The notes beneath the pieces were generated by a model. It searched no databases, was not told the DNA's origin, and saw nothing but the letters and a program-made list of their open reading frames with translations. This document shows, piece by piece, positions 40,634 through 53,742 of a stretch of DNA of 64,000 nucleotides. The stretch is from contig OX597816.1 of NCBI GenBank assembly GCA_951406725.2, positions 118,544,001-118,608,000 of the forward strand, written 5' to 3'. Made by a program: the position numbers and the translations under genes. The stretch's first letter is position 1; every line of letters starts with the position of its first letter. The stretch is from Octopus vulgaris (lineage: Eukaryota).

Positions 40634-41008
40634 GGCGTGGGTTGTGTGGTAAGAAGCTTGCTTCCCAACCACATGGTTTCAGGTTCAGTCCCACTGCGTG
40701 GCACCTTAGGCAAGTGCTTCCCCGAGTTGACCAAAGCTTTGTGAGTAGATTTGGTAGACGAAACTGAAGAAACCTGCCGTGTGTGCGCATGTGTACTTGT
40801 ATTTATTCCTCAACCACCGCTTGACAACCGTTGGTGGCTTGCTTACGTCCCCGTAACTTAGTGGTTCGGTACAAAAGGACCGATAAAATAAGTACCAGAC
40901 ATTTTAAAAAGAAAGTAAATACCGGGGTCGATTTGTTCAACTAAACCCTTTGAGGCGGTGCCCCAGTATGGCTGCAGTCCAATGAGTAAAACAAAAAGGT
41001 AAAAGATA
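40634..41008 (+). mobile_element. SINE family B, CpG-intact copy
   Basis: Head and tail present; many CpGs retained. Confidence 0.85.
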
Positions 41009-41656
41009 TCTTTTTTTTTTTTTTTCATTGGCAAAGAGGGCACAAATGTTTAGAAAAAAAGAATAATAGCTGGTCAATATGAAGAGGACTCGTAAAGTAC
41101 TATTCTTACATATAGGGACACCTAAAGCGAAGAAAGTCAGAAAAGACCCACGAGATTTGAACTCGGAAATAAACTTTCTTATTGTTGCCTAGGCTATGCA
41201 ACATCGGCGCCATTGCTTTGTTACAAAAAAGGAGAGTGGATATTAACAACAATAATAACAGTAATAAATAAAACAACAAATTAGCAGCAGTAATCGTTGA
41301 TCAATCTATGGCAAGGTCACCCATCCAGCAATAGCAACTTCTTTGTTTAAAGCTCCGTAGTAAAACGAAAGAGAAAGAAAAAAATATCTGTCCTGTTTAT
41401 CAGCCTGCTGTGGGCATGTGAAGGACGGCAATTGGGGTAGAAAGTAGGGTGTAAGTGGAAAGATATTTCTTTTATGTACACGCTCACACAAGTGCGTGTG
41501 TATGTATGTCGATATAAATATATGGACACAAACACACACATAAATGTGTGTGTGTGCACGCGCGCGCAACTGTATATACGTGTATGTGTGTGTAGACTAT
41601 ATTTGTGAGTGTATATAAGCATATGAATACATATTTATGTCTGTTTACATGTACGA

Positions 41657-41696
<40 letters not shown>

Positions 41697-41907
41697 ATAA
41701 GCATATGCATACATATTTATGTCTATATGCTTATATGTGTACATAAATATGTATAAATATAAGCATATGGATATATTTATGTCTCTATGTGTACGTATAA
41801 GTGTGTGTGTGTTTGTTTATGTATGTGTGTATGTATGTATATTTATTTATCTAGTTTCAGCTCACAAGCTGTGGCCATGCTGGGGCACCGCCATGTATAT
41901 ATATATA

Positions 41908-42302
41908 CTAGCAGTATCGCCCGGCGTTGCTCGGGTTTGTAAGGGAAATAATTATATAAGCATTTTTAGAGATGTAAAGTATAATAGCCATCTCAATATG
42001 GCTAACCACAAAGGGGGAGGGGTGTTACTGTAGCTTTTTACGTTCTGAGATTTAATAATAAATTTTAGAGAGTTACTTCCCTTATATATGTCAAAAATGG
42101 ATTAAAAATGGGAAAAATTGATGGTAAATTTTTTTTTAAATCGTAGACTCATCGTAGACGCGCGCTAATACCCAGACGGTCTCGATATGAATCACGACTA
42201 TAAGATACCCGCTTTTAGTTAAACTGCACCGCAAAATGTGGGAGTAGTTAGGAATCTAAATCGTAGGAGACAGACACACAACCTCACTTTTATATATAAA
42301 GA
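41908..42302 (-). mobile_element. Non-autonomous Helitron
   Basis: Minus strand A|TCTTTATATATAAAAG ... CCCGAGCAACGCCGGG hairpin ... CTAG|T: canonical 5'-TC, 3' hairpin plus CTRR, A/T insertion site. Confidence 0.85.
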
Positions 42303-42468
42303 TTTCCTCTATTTACTTAATATTGAGGTCTCTTTCTTTCTTTTGTTATCTTACTGTTTTTTTACCAATATACATATATATATATATATATAAATATATA
42401 TATAGTTACAGAGATGTACTTGCATAGCAAGTGACTTGATCTGAGATCGTGTGCTGGAACGAAAACAG

Positions 42469-42727
42469 TTGCAGCGTTGAAGGTGTTTATAAGCCATTTA
42501 AGAAACACACAAAAAGCGTTAGATTCACTTCAACATTTAAATTTAATTTGTCAAAATATTTTCGTCACTTTGAGACCGCGACCTGTTAGCACGATATTTT
42601 TGTCAGTGAACAGGTCGCGGTCTGAAAGCGACGAAAATATTTTGGCAAATTAAATTTAAATGTTGAAGTGAATGTAACGGTTTTTGTGTGTTTCTTAAAT
42701 GGCTTACAAACACCTTCCACGCTGCAA
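42469..42727. repeat. Long inverted repeat (about 119-bp arms, about 21-nt spacer)
   Basis: 42469-42587 is the near reverse complement of 42609-42727. Confidence 0.9.
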
Positions 42728-42745
42728 TATATATATACACACATA

Positions 42746-42776
<31 letters not shown>

Positions 42777-43475
42777 GTGTATATGTGTATGCATGTATGT
42801 GTGTGTGTGCGTGTCTGTGCTTGTGATTGTCCTCCACCACTGCTTGACAACGAATGTTGGTTTGTTTACACCCCTGTCACCTAGTGGTTTGACAAAGGAA
42901 ACAGATAGAATAAGCACAATGCTTACAAAAATAAAACTGGAGTTGATTCATTAAACTACAATTCTTCAAGGCATTGCCCCAGCATGGCCACAGACCAATG
43001 GCTGGAAAAAGCAGAAGAATAAAAGAATACATTCTCTGCTTTGGTCTTATGTTCACCCTCACACACACACACACACGCGCACACACACACACACACACTC
43101 ACACACACGCACGTTAGCTTACAATTTTATTTATATATTTGCTTGTCAATGTGTTGAAAGAGGAAGTGGGAGGCAGAGTGAAAGAATCACTCACTACAGT
43201 AAGTGAATTACTTTCGTTTTATTCGTTGCCCACTGTGTGTGTGCGTTTGTGTGTGCTGTAAACCAGACTAAGAAAAGCATTTGACACACACACCAGAATG
43301 TGAGTTTTCTGTAAATTTTGCTTAACTGGAGTTTAAATTTTAAAAACTGGACCTGGCATGACGCGATGCATTGTACTCTTAAAACTGCTAGGTAAATTGT
43401 AATTGAAGAAATCCTATATTGTAGATTTGTATAACTCCCAAAGGGAGGCAGATAAAATCTGCCTTTTATAATAAG

Positions 43476-43518
<43 letters not shown>

Positions 43519-44199
43519 CACAAAAGACATCAAAATGAAGAATGGAGAATAATACATCTTCAAAACTTATTTATTAAAGCATTTTCTTTATTGTGCAAGA
43601 AATCCACTGAGGCAAACTCCGGATTTACCAATCGAGAGGAGTACAGTTTAATTGCTTATGTTAAACGATTCTAAATGTTTCATATCTTTCAATGTGGTTA
43701 GCCAAGTCTAATAAGGTAATTTGCCCAGATTTCAAATCCCTGTTCCATTATGTTGTATGTGTGTGTGTGCATGCGTGCATGTGCATGCATGTGACCATCA
43801 TCTTTTAATATCTATGCTTTCATGCTTGCATGGATCATACAGAACTTGTTGAAGCCTATTTCTATGGACAGATATCCTATTTGTCACTAATCTTCGCCTG
43901 TTTCCAATCGAAGTAATATTTCCTATGGCCAGACAGTTTTCACAGAACACTAGAAATGAAGGATATTTCGCTGGTATGATGGTGCTGCTTGTTTACAGTC
44001 TTATTCTTTTGCTTGTTTCAGTCATTTGACTGTGGCCATGCTGGAGCACTGCCTTTAGTATGACAAGCTTTTTTTTTCAGTTTTGTCAACCAAATCTGTA
44101 CAGAAGACTTTAGTCAGCTCAGAGATATAGTAGAAGACACATACCCCAAGAGTGTTTACCTTGACAGAAGATGAGCTCAAAGTCTAACAGGACAAGACC

Positions 44200-44560
44200 C
44201 TATGTTCCAGACTCTTCATTGACACTAACCTACCTGCACTCTTATTGCAAGTGAGACAAAGAGGGAAGATCATTGATTTGCTACAATACAAAAGACCATG
44301 GAAAGATCCATGCTAGGAATATCATTGCAAGAGCATATCTGAAATGAGGTAGTTCAAGAACTGAGCAGAGTGAATGATGTGATCACCAAATACCAAAAGA
44401 ACAAGATTTGCTGAACCAGGCATGTTGCAAGGTTCACAGACAACAGGTGCATCCATGCAGTTGGCATGTGGTATCCAAGAGACTGAAAAAGTCCATTCAG
44501 TAGGCCTCCATGATGACGAGGTGATTTAGCTAAATGATATGGGCCAAGATGGAAAAGGAA
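44200..44560 (+). pseudogene. Decayed RTE-clade LINE, 3' end of ORF
   Basis: Translates as QKTMERSMLGISLQEHI*NE...RHVARFTDNR...WYPRD*K..SRPP, matching RTE C-terminal motifs. Confidence 0.8.
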
Positions 44561-44932
44561 GCAATCATAAATATTGTTTAAGCTAAGACTTTGAAAGACA
44601 ATATGTATGATGACTAGTGGTGTATAAAAACATCTGATAGTCTGATCAATATAGGCGATACAAATGATATATCTATATGTGTATATTTGTATCATTATTT
44701 CTAACCTTGTATGAGTCATATAGAATGTGCTGAAGTTAGAGTTTCTACAGCCAGATGCCCTTCCAGTGCTAACATTTGTTTCTTTCCAAGCAAAGTGATA
44801 TTTCCACCAGCCAGAAATGTTTACATGAAGGATGGGAAACAGATGACACTGTTTGTATCATGACACTTGTGTACAGCTGCATGTGATGTCAAAACAAAGC
44901 GACATGAACACATACACATATGTACATACATA

Positions 44933-45148
44933 CAAGGGTATGTCGAAAAGTTCCTAATTTGGGAAAAAGAAAATACAGGAGGGTCAGTTAATTATGATTT
45001 TTATCAACATATTCTTCTCTCAGATTCACACACATATTGCAGTGGTCCTTCAGTTTCCCTAAGCCCTGTAAAAGAACTCAGGAGGTTGGACCTCCACCAA
45101 GGCCTTTTGCAATAGCCTTAAAGTCAGGAACTTTTCAGTATATCCTCG
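44933..45148. mobile_element. mariner-type MITE nested in a minus-strand B/G SINE (about 44740-45285)
   Basis: TA|CAAGGGTATGTCGAAAAGTTCCT ... AGGAACTTTTCAGTATATCCTCG|TA. Confidence 0.8.
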
Positions 45149-45679
45149 TACATATATGCATACAAATGATAGGCTCTTTCAGTTTCTCTACCAAATCCAT
45201 TCTTGCCCAAGGTACCATACTGTGGAACTGAACCCAAAACTATGTGGTTGGGAAATGAGCTTTTTGACCACACAGCTATGCTTGCATATATATGTACATG
45301 CCCATTCAAACATAGATATATATTTGTGTGTGGGTGTGTAAATATATGTAGGTGTGTGTGCGCACACATGTCTATATAGTGTGGGCTAATGGTTGACAAG
45401 TTCACTTTGCAAGCATTAATCTATTTCAGTTCCAAAAGTTCCACATTCACATCTTCAAATTAAAGTGATGATAATGTTATGTTGGTTAAACACTATGCAG
45501 AAAGGTTACAAAGGATTTTGAGAATAATTTTATAACCCATAAAATCATCACTGTCAAATTTCAAAATTATACAATGTTAAATTCTATATTTTCTGGATGG
45601 GACTGTGGAAGTTTCAAAACATTTATGAACTAATGAATTTAGAAATGCTATTGTTCAAAATTAAATGCAAGGACTAATA

Positions 45680-45855
45680 ATTCTTTCTACTATTGGTACA
45701 AGGTCTGAAATTTTGGAGGAGGGGCTTAGTCGATTACATTGATCCCAGTGCTTCACTGGTACTTATTTTACTGACACCAAAAGGATGAAAGACAGATAAA
45801 ATACCATTAACCATTTTCACCCAGCATGCAAACGATTCTGCCAGTTTGCTGCCTA
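45680..45855 (-). mobile_element. SINE family A, internally deleted
   Basis: Homology to family A. Confidence 0.75.
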
Positions 45856-46753
45856 AGACTGATAATGAAATATGAAAATTCTAAATAAAAGATCAAATTG
45901 AATACAGTTGGGCTTCAAAGAGAAAGTATTTGCTAACCACATGCTTCAGAGTTCAGTCCCACTGCATGGCACCTTGAGCAATGGTTTTCTACTGTTGCCC
46001 AACCAAAGCCTTATGAATCGATTTAGAAGACAGAAATGGAAAAATGCCCCTTGTGTGTGTATTAATGTCTCTTTGTCTTGACATGCTTGCATGAAATTGT
46101 CACAGTCATATAAGCAATTCAATTTCCAATATTCTGTGACAACATTCTGGTTGTGAGGAAATGTCAGCTTGCTTGGAAACAGGTGAAAGTTAGTGACAGG
46201 AAGGACATCAGACTGGAGGAAATTTGTCTCAATAAACTCTGTCCTGCTCATGGAAGCATGCAGAAGTGAATGTTCAATGTGTGTGTGTATGTAGACAGAG
46301 AGAGAGAGAGACACACACACACACAATATTCAAATATGCATACACACACACACATACAAACATGTGAATACAAACATAAATATGTTACATTTGTTTGTTC
46401 ATTTTATGTCATGATTGCCGATGCTAACACGAGTTAGACAAATGCATATCATTGCAGCACTGTTTTATAGTTAATGCTATTAGTGTTACTAACCCTACCC
46501 CAAGTTTCAAGTAAGGAATTTTTAATTCTATTCATCTTAAAAAAAAACACAGAGCAAGTTAAGGATTTGTTAAAAAAAATTCAACAAACTCAGCTTGTAG
46601 CCCAACACTTTTTTATACAAAGCACAAAATGTAAACTTTCACCTACACACATACAAACCATGTGTGTATGTGCATACATATATACACGCACAAACATATG
46701 TAGTTATAAATACATAATGCAGTCAGTGTGTGCATGTGTATATACATTTATTC

Positions 46754-46826
<73 letters not shown>

Positions 46827-47279
46827 AAATAACTGGTGGTAAAGAATTAAGGTTCTTTGCTTCTCAGATTAAACAATGTTTATGATTTTGTTGCACAATG
46901 TTATAATGAAGAGACACCTGGTATTTATAACTGTTGAAATACAAACAAAATTGACCATGTGAAAAAGGAGAAAGTCTTCTAGTTCCATCCCAATAACTTC
47001 TAATCATAGCACTTGTAGTCTATGGATGACCATGGCAAAACTAAGCATGACACGAAAACAGAAACTTCAAAATTTAAATGGTAAACCAGTCGACCTTCAA
47101 TAGTATTCTAGTAAAGGAATGACAACCAACAGCAGATTTTTCTGACATGCTTGTGACCTACTGGACATGAGGCCTATTTCTGTGTCATTACAAAGTTTTG
47201 TAGGCTCTAGTTTATAATCTATGATGCTCTAAGCTTAAGCATCAGATTGTTCAAACAGGTTCCTGCTGGTTTGAGGTTG

Positions 47280-47510
47280 TTCAGAATTTCAGTTGTATAA
47301 TTTACAACTTGCTCCTATGATGTGTTTGTCTATTGATTTGCAGCATCATTTCCCTCTGGGTAGAATATCCAGTAGCTTTCTGTCGATCTTTCTCACAGCG
47401 ACATTTATCAGTGCTGATACTGCTTTTCCACAAAGCCGTTGGGATTATATTGTTTGTCTGATGTAATTGTTAGGCAAGACTCTGGCAATCAGTTCCTGTC
47501 TTGTTACAAT
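47280..47510 (-). pseudogene. Possible decayed R4/Dong-like non-LTR fragment (zinc-knuckle region)
   Basis: Minus-strand pieces NNY..., DKCR.C and HIIGASCKL resemble the CCHC region; heavily disrupted. Confidence 0.3.
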
Positions 47511-48079
47511 GATATGCTTGAATGATAACTGAATTTAATTGGTGAAATCCCTTTCTCAAAACCTCTATTTCCTACTTAGAGTAATTAGCTGGAGAACACA
47601 TCCACAACATTATCACTAAGCAAATGCATTAGAATACTGGTGGTAAAGCTCAGTCATCCAATGTAGTAACCAGAAATAAGAGGTTTTTATGCATTGATTT
47701 TATCTCAAAGAATTATGAAGTCTATATTCTCCTGCAAGTGACAATTAGGCTTTTACACACATATACTGATATATATACATGTTACCACACACACACATAC
47801 CAATATATTTATATACGTAGATGCATGAAGAAATATAGGTTAAGATAAACAGACACATGCATACCAACAACAAGAATTTTATAAACTTTCAAGTAAACAT
47901 GAAAAATTCTTTTTTTAAGAACATTGGTTCTCAAAGCCTATAAGTCTAAATACCATGTAAATATTGAATTAAAAATTTGACTTTTTCCATCAAAAAAAGG
48001 GCTTTTCAATCCATTATTTACATGTTATAATTCAAGCTTTATGTGAGGTGCTTCGAGAAGCAACGTTCCACAAAGGATA

Positions 48080-48129
<50 letters not shown>

Positions 48130-48519
48130 TATATATATAAATATACATACACACATATATATATACATATAAATATACATACACATATATACATATATAT
48201 ACACACACACATATATATATATATACACACATATATTCACACACACACACAAACATATATACACACACACATACATATATACACAAACATATATTCACAC
48301 ACACACACACACATATATACACACACACATACATATATACACAAACATATATACACACACACATATATATATATATACACACTGTCCAACCCGTGCTAGC
48401 GCGGAAAACAGACGTTAAACGATGATGATGATGATATATATACATACATGTATATACATATACACATATATATATATATATATACATACACATACACATA
48501 TATATATATACACACACAC

Positions 48520-48850
48520 ATCATTATCATCATTTAACATCTGCTTTCCATGCTAGCATAGGCTGGATGATTTGACTGAGGACTGGCGAACCAGATGGCT
48601 GCACCAGGCTCCAATCTTGATCTGGCAAGGTTTCTACAGCTGGACGCCCTTCCTAACACCAACCAATCCGAGAGTGCAGCGGGTGCTTTTACGTGCCACT
48701 GGCACGGGGGCCAGTCAGGCGGTACTGGCAACAACCTTGCTCGAATGTTTTTTTCACATGCCACCGGCACAAGTGCCAGTAAGGCGACAATGGTAACGAT
48801 CACGCCCGAATGGTGCCTTTTACGTGCCACCAGCACGGAAGCCAGTTGTG
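48520..48850 (-). mobile_element. Family C retroposon (GGAAGGGCATCC-type motif, (GAT)n RTE-like tail, internal tandem units)
   Basis: (CAT)n tail; repeated TTTTACGTGCCAC(C/T)GGCAC units; related copies at about 2965-3100, 53151, 61570 and 63290. Confidence 0.8.
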
Positions 48851-49615
48851 TAACATTGAGCAATAGGCTTTCTTAGTCGAGGGCCATAGCGGTGGTTCGT
48901 TGTAAAAAATCACATGAATGCCTTCAAAGCCCTATTACTGCTTGTCCATTAACCATACACACGCCTTAGTTGCTGCGTATGATGTTACTTAGGGGGTAGA
49001 GACAAGGCGCGCATCATCACTTTTTCACACCCCTACTCACCATATTGACACTCTTTTGACTGTTATGAAATTATAAATGATGGAGATTCCAGGTATCAAA
49101 CCCAGGTCCTATAATGATATTTGACAATAAAGTAAACAGGAAAAACTATTTTCATGCCTCACTATAAGGGTGAAGTCTATTGTCGAATGGGGAACCTATA
49201 ATTATTAGCCCCAGAAACTGTGATGAATTGGCTACACCCTGGAAAAACTTTATAAATAGACATAATTTTACACACACACACCCACAGAAGAGTTTTGTTC
49301 TAATGGATTCTGGTAGCGGTAATTGCCTGTTTTAGTTTATGCACATTGTACTTTGTGTTAGACATTTGTGGAAATATTTTGTGCTCCAGGAATTCGCCAG
49401 AACTTTTTGCCTGTCAGTTTTAAAATAATTTCTCACATCTGGGTGAGTACAAAAATCTTCTAAGCTATGTTAAGATATGTGAACTTTGAAACCTGCATTG
49501 TGACAGGGTGTGTGAGATAATTGTACACCCAGTTTTGGTGACAGTTTTTCTGTGAGACAAGGTTCAATTCAATTCTGGAAGCTGGGATTGCCTATTTAGT
49601 TTCTATACATACATA

Positions 49616-49850
49616 TCTATTATATAAAATCCGTTGTGTCTGTCTGTGTGTTTTCTACGATCTCGGGCATTCTCCATCCAATTTGCGCTCTAATTTGATA
49701 TGTAGATACCAATGGTATCAGGGCATGTATAAGTCTTGAAAAAATTACAAAAATCAACTCCAGGTGAGAATGCGATCGATAAAGCCGTGGGAACGTGCAT
49801 TTGTACGTGCAAGTACATCAGCTGTTGCGATTACGAGAGAATGTTATATA
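49616..49850 (+). mobile_element. Helitron-like 5' fragment
   Basis: A|TCTATTATATAAAAT...GTCTGTCTG start similar to the 5' end of 41908-42302; no 3' CTAG hairpin seen. Confidence 0.5.
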
Positions 49851-49854
49851 CATT

Positions 49855-50985
49855 ATCATGTTGGAAAGCAACATCCTTCCTGTTGACCAATTCTGGATAT
49901 TCCTCTTGAATTGCTGCTTTTAACTCGTCCAGTTGTGTGCAGTATTTCACAGAATTGTCTTGTTACTTGGGAGAAGCTCATAGTACAGAATTCCTTTCCA
50001 ATCCCACCACAAAGCAAGACTTTATTAGAGTAAAGACCCACTTTTGGGGTGGCTGAAGGTGGCTCATGTCACTTACTTCAGGATCGCTTTCTCTGAACAT
50101 TTCAGTAAATCCATTTCTCATAACCTGTCACAAATTGCAGTGGTCTTGCTAGGCTCACATACTTTTAGAAGGATTGCTGGGAATCCATCAGGGCCAGTTG
50201 CTGAGTTTGGGTTCATTTCATCTATAGCCCTTATTACATAGTCTTCCTTTATATTGATGTAATCAATCATCATTGCCTCCGTTTTTATATCTGCAGTGGT
50301 AAAGAAGTCAGTAGGATTGCTGACTTGAAAGTGCCCTAGGGGTGGAGCGAAAATACTTTTGAATTGCTCATTTAGTATTTCACTTATCCATCTTTTTCGA
50401 GGAGTAGCCCTATCCTGCAGTGCACCGAAGTTGTTTCTTTGGCAAACTTGTAGAAAGCTCTGGGTTTAGATTTTATATTGTCTATAGCCCAGGTTTCTTT
50501 GCCTGCTCTTTCTTTTTCATGGGAGAGTTGCAGATTTTTTTTCAATCTCCAGCAGTGGTATTTTCAGGCGGGACTTTTCACTGCTTTCAATTTGTTTGTT
50601 TAGGCGATTTGAAACTTTTGTATGCCATCTCATAAGAATTTCCCTCTCCCTGGGCATTTTGTTCTTGTGTACAGTGGCCTGTCAATCCAGGACACATTTG
50701 TAGCATATGGCTTGCATTACAGACATGAATTGTTGAAGTTTCATGTCGATGTCTGGTGAGGAGAGACATTTAGGCCAGTTTTGTTTGAAGATCTCTTTCT
50801 CAATTTGTTTCCAGTTTGCCTTATGGAAGTTCAAGCCGGAAAGATTCTGAGGGTTTCTTGTAGGCTGCATGTCTATGGTTTCCTTTGGTTCGTAAATGGT
50901 CAGCTCTACCATGTTCTGATCCGAGAGTGGCATCAGTGTCACTTTCACACTATGGATGAGATGCATATTATTTGTGAAGCAGAGT
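49855..50985 (-). pseudogene. CR1/L2-like LINE fragment (end of endonuclease to start of RT)
   Basis: LCFTNN...LSDQN (SDH-like), NFHKANWKQI and IDEMNPNSATGPDGFPAILLK on the minus strand; frameshifts and deletions. Confidence 0.8.
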
Positions 50986-51006
50986 ATGTATATATATATA
51001 TATATA

Positions 51007-51421
51007 GGCATAGGAGTGGCTGTGTGGTAAGTAGCTTGCTTACAAACCACATGGTTCCTGGTTCTGTCTCACTGCATGGCACCTTGGGCAAGTGTCTTCT
51101 ACTATAGTTTCAGGCCGACCAAAGCCTTGTGAGTGGATTTGGTAGATGGAAACTGAAAGAAGCCCATTGTATGTGTGTGTGTGTGTCTGTGTTTGTCCCC
51201 CCATATATATGTGTGTGTGTGTGTCTGTGTCCCCCCAACATCGCTTCACAACCGATGCTGGTGTGTTTACTTCCCCATAAGTTGGTGGTTGGCAAAAGAG
51301 ACCAATAGAATAAGTACAAGGCTTATAAAGAATAAGTCCTGGGGTCGATTTGCTCGACTAAAGGTGGTGCTCCAGTATGGCCACAGTCAAATGACTGAAA
51401 AGAGTAAAAGAGAGTAAAGAG
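51007..51421 (+). mobile_element. SINE family B, well preserved
   Basis: Full head, microsatellite and tail. Confidence 0.9.
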
Positions 51422-52144
51422 TATATATACATACATACATATACATGTATATACATATACACATATACATGTATATAAATATACATATATACATGTATAT
51501 AAATATACATATATACATGTATATAAATAAACATATATACATGTATATAAATATACATATATACATGTATATAAATATACATATATACATGTATATACAT
51601 ATATATATATACATGTATATACATATATATATATATGTACATATGTAAGAATAATATAATACAACTAATAATAATGATTCCTTTGTATGCATATACATAT
51701 ACATATTTTAATATGTGTTTATGTATATTTATGTATATGTGTGTATATGTAAAAGTATGTATATATATGTGTATTATGCTTTACATATATGTACATATAC
51801 GCACATGTACATATACACACATGTACACACGTATATATACACACATGTACACACGTATATATACATACATATACATGTATATATACATACATATACATAT
51901 GCACACGTATATATACATACATATACACATGTATATATACATACATATACACAAATATACAAACATACACACATACATACATACATACATACACACATAC
52001 ATACATACACGCATATACATACATACACGCATCATCATCGTTTAACGTCCGCTTTCCATGCTAGCATGGGTTATATACATATATACACACATATACATAC
52101 ATACACACATATACATACATACACACATATATACATACATACAC

Positions 52145-52175
<31 letters not shown>

Positions 52176-52549
52176 CATACATACATACATATACATACAT
52201 ACACATACATACATATATACACATATATACATACATATACACAGGCGCAGGAGTGGCTGTGTGGTAAGTAGCTTGCTTACCAACCACATGGTTCCAGGTT
52301 CAGTCCCACTGCGCATGTTTGTGTGTCTGTGTTTGTCCCCCTAGCATTGCTTGACAACTGATGCTGGTGTGTTTACGTCCCCGTCACTTAGCGGTTCGGC
52401 AAAAAGAGACCGATAGAATAAGTACTGGGCTTACAAAGAATAAGTCTCGGGGTCGATTTGCTCGACTAAAGGCGGTGCTCCAGCATGGCCACAGTCAAAT
52501 GACTGAAACAAGTAAAAGAGAGAGTAAAAGAGTATATATACATACATAT

Positions 52550-52600
<51 letters not shown>

Positions 52601-52620
52601 CTTACATATACACATATATA

Positions 52621-52652
<32 letters not shown>

Positions 52653-52657
52653 CATAT

Positions 52658-52735
<78 letters not shown>

Positions 52736-52860
52736 TCATATATATATATATACATACATATATATACATATATACATATATATATATACATACATATATA
52801 CATACACACACACAAATACATACCTATCAATATACAATTAAACATTTATACATATACACT
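51422..52860. repeat. Large compound (TA/CA/TACA)n microsatellite field with an embedded SINE B (52244-52532) and a family C tail (about 52030-52070)
   Basis: Directly visible; about 24-bp higher-order unit at 51460-51600. Confidence 0.95.
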
Positions 52861-53150
52861 AAAGCAAAGACTGGTGGCCTCACACATAGAGTTTGCTTCT
52901 CGCAAGTCATAAGGCGGTGGATTCAATTCCCCATAAAATAGTGCATGTTTCCTTCAGCAAGATATTTCATGTTACTCTAGCTTCATCAGCTGATAGTGAG
53001 TCCCAACTCAACTGCTGGTATATCCTCATCTCCTCATACTGTCATTTCCTCAATAATCCATTGGGCCAATAGTGGAAAGGAACAGTACAAGGTATTAAGC
53101 AATACTGGCTTGAGATTGATGGTTAAGCTTTTACATGCATACACACACAG

Positions 53151-53480
53151 AGGCTCCAATCTGATCTGGCAAGGTTTGTATAGATGGATACCCTCTGCAA
53201 TGCAAACCACTTCGAGAGTGTAGTAGGTGCTTTTTACATGCCACCAGCACGAGGGCCAGTAAGGTGATACTGGTATCGACCACACTTGAATGGTGCTTTT
53301 TACATGCCACTGGCATAGGAGCCAGTCAGGTGGCACTGGCAATAACCACACTTGAATGGTACTTTTTACGTGCCACCGGGACGGGTTCCAGTCAGGCAAT
53401 ACTGGCATCGGCCACACCAGTCCTCAGTCAAACTGTCCAACCCATGCCAGTATGGAAAGCAGACGTTAAACGATGATGAT
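53151..53480. mobile_element. Family C retroposon with an inverted 5' portion
   Basis: Body in minus orientation (53151-53416), tail in plus orientation (53417-53480). Confidence 0.75.
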
Positions 53481-53495
53481 ACACGCATACACTGG

Positions 53496-53742
53496 CACTG
53501 TGTCCATTAAGATGACAAGGGTTCCAGTTGACCTGATCAACGGAACAGCCTGCTCAGGAAATTACCATGCAAGTGGCTGTGTGCTCCACAGACATACATA
53601 CCTTTAGCATAGTTCTCTGGGATGTATACCATGACACATGAAATAAAGCATCTTGTTCAAGGACACAAAATATTACCAGGGATCAAACTCACAACCTTAC
53701 AATCCTGAGCTGAATACCCTAACTGCTAAGCCATGCGCTTCC
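53496..53742 (-). mobile_element. tRNA-headed SINE family H
   Basis: Minus-strand head with a B-box-like motif followed by TGTGTCCTTGAACAAG; related heads at about 8320-8420 and 62945-63070. Confidence 0.55.

Larger units (their letters stand above)
34600..43400. promoter_or_regulatory. CpG-retaining, probably unmethylated promoter-like domain
   Basis: CG dinucleotides are visibly frequent in unique sequence here and scarce in both flanks. Judged by eye; boundaries approximate. Confidence 0.55.

Noticed and set aside
43150-43320. Plus-strand donor-like sites (ACA|GTAAGT, AAT|GTGAGT) suggesting a divergent first exon
   Set aside because: No downstream plus-strand exon could be identified; motifs alone are insufficient
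48534-48876. GC-richer ORFs of 74-109 aa
   Set aside because: Lie wholly inside a family C repeat
51323-52912. Many overlapping Y/I/H/T/C/V-rich ORFs (also near 41.3-42, 48, 54 and 62 kb)
   Set aside because: Translations of (CA)n/(TA)n microsatellites
53225-53416. CRISPR-like repeat/spacer pattern (also 48685-48840 and 63375-63475)
   Set aside because: Degenerate internal tandem units of retroposon family C; spacers are homologous to each other; eukaryotic context; no cas genes
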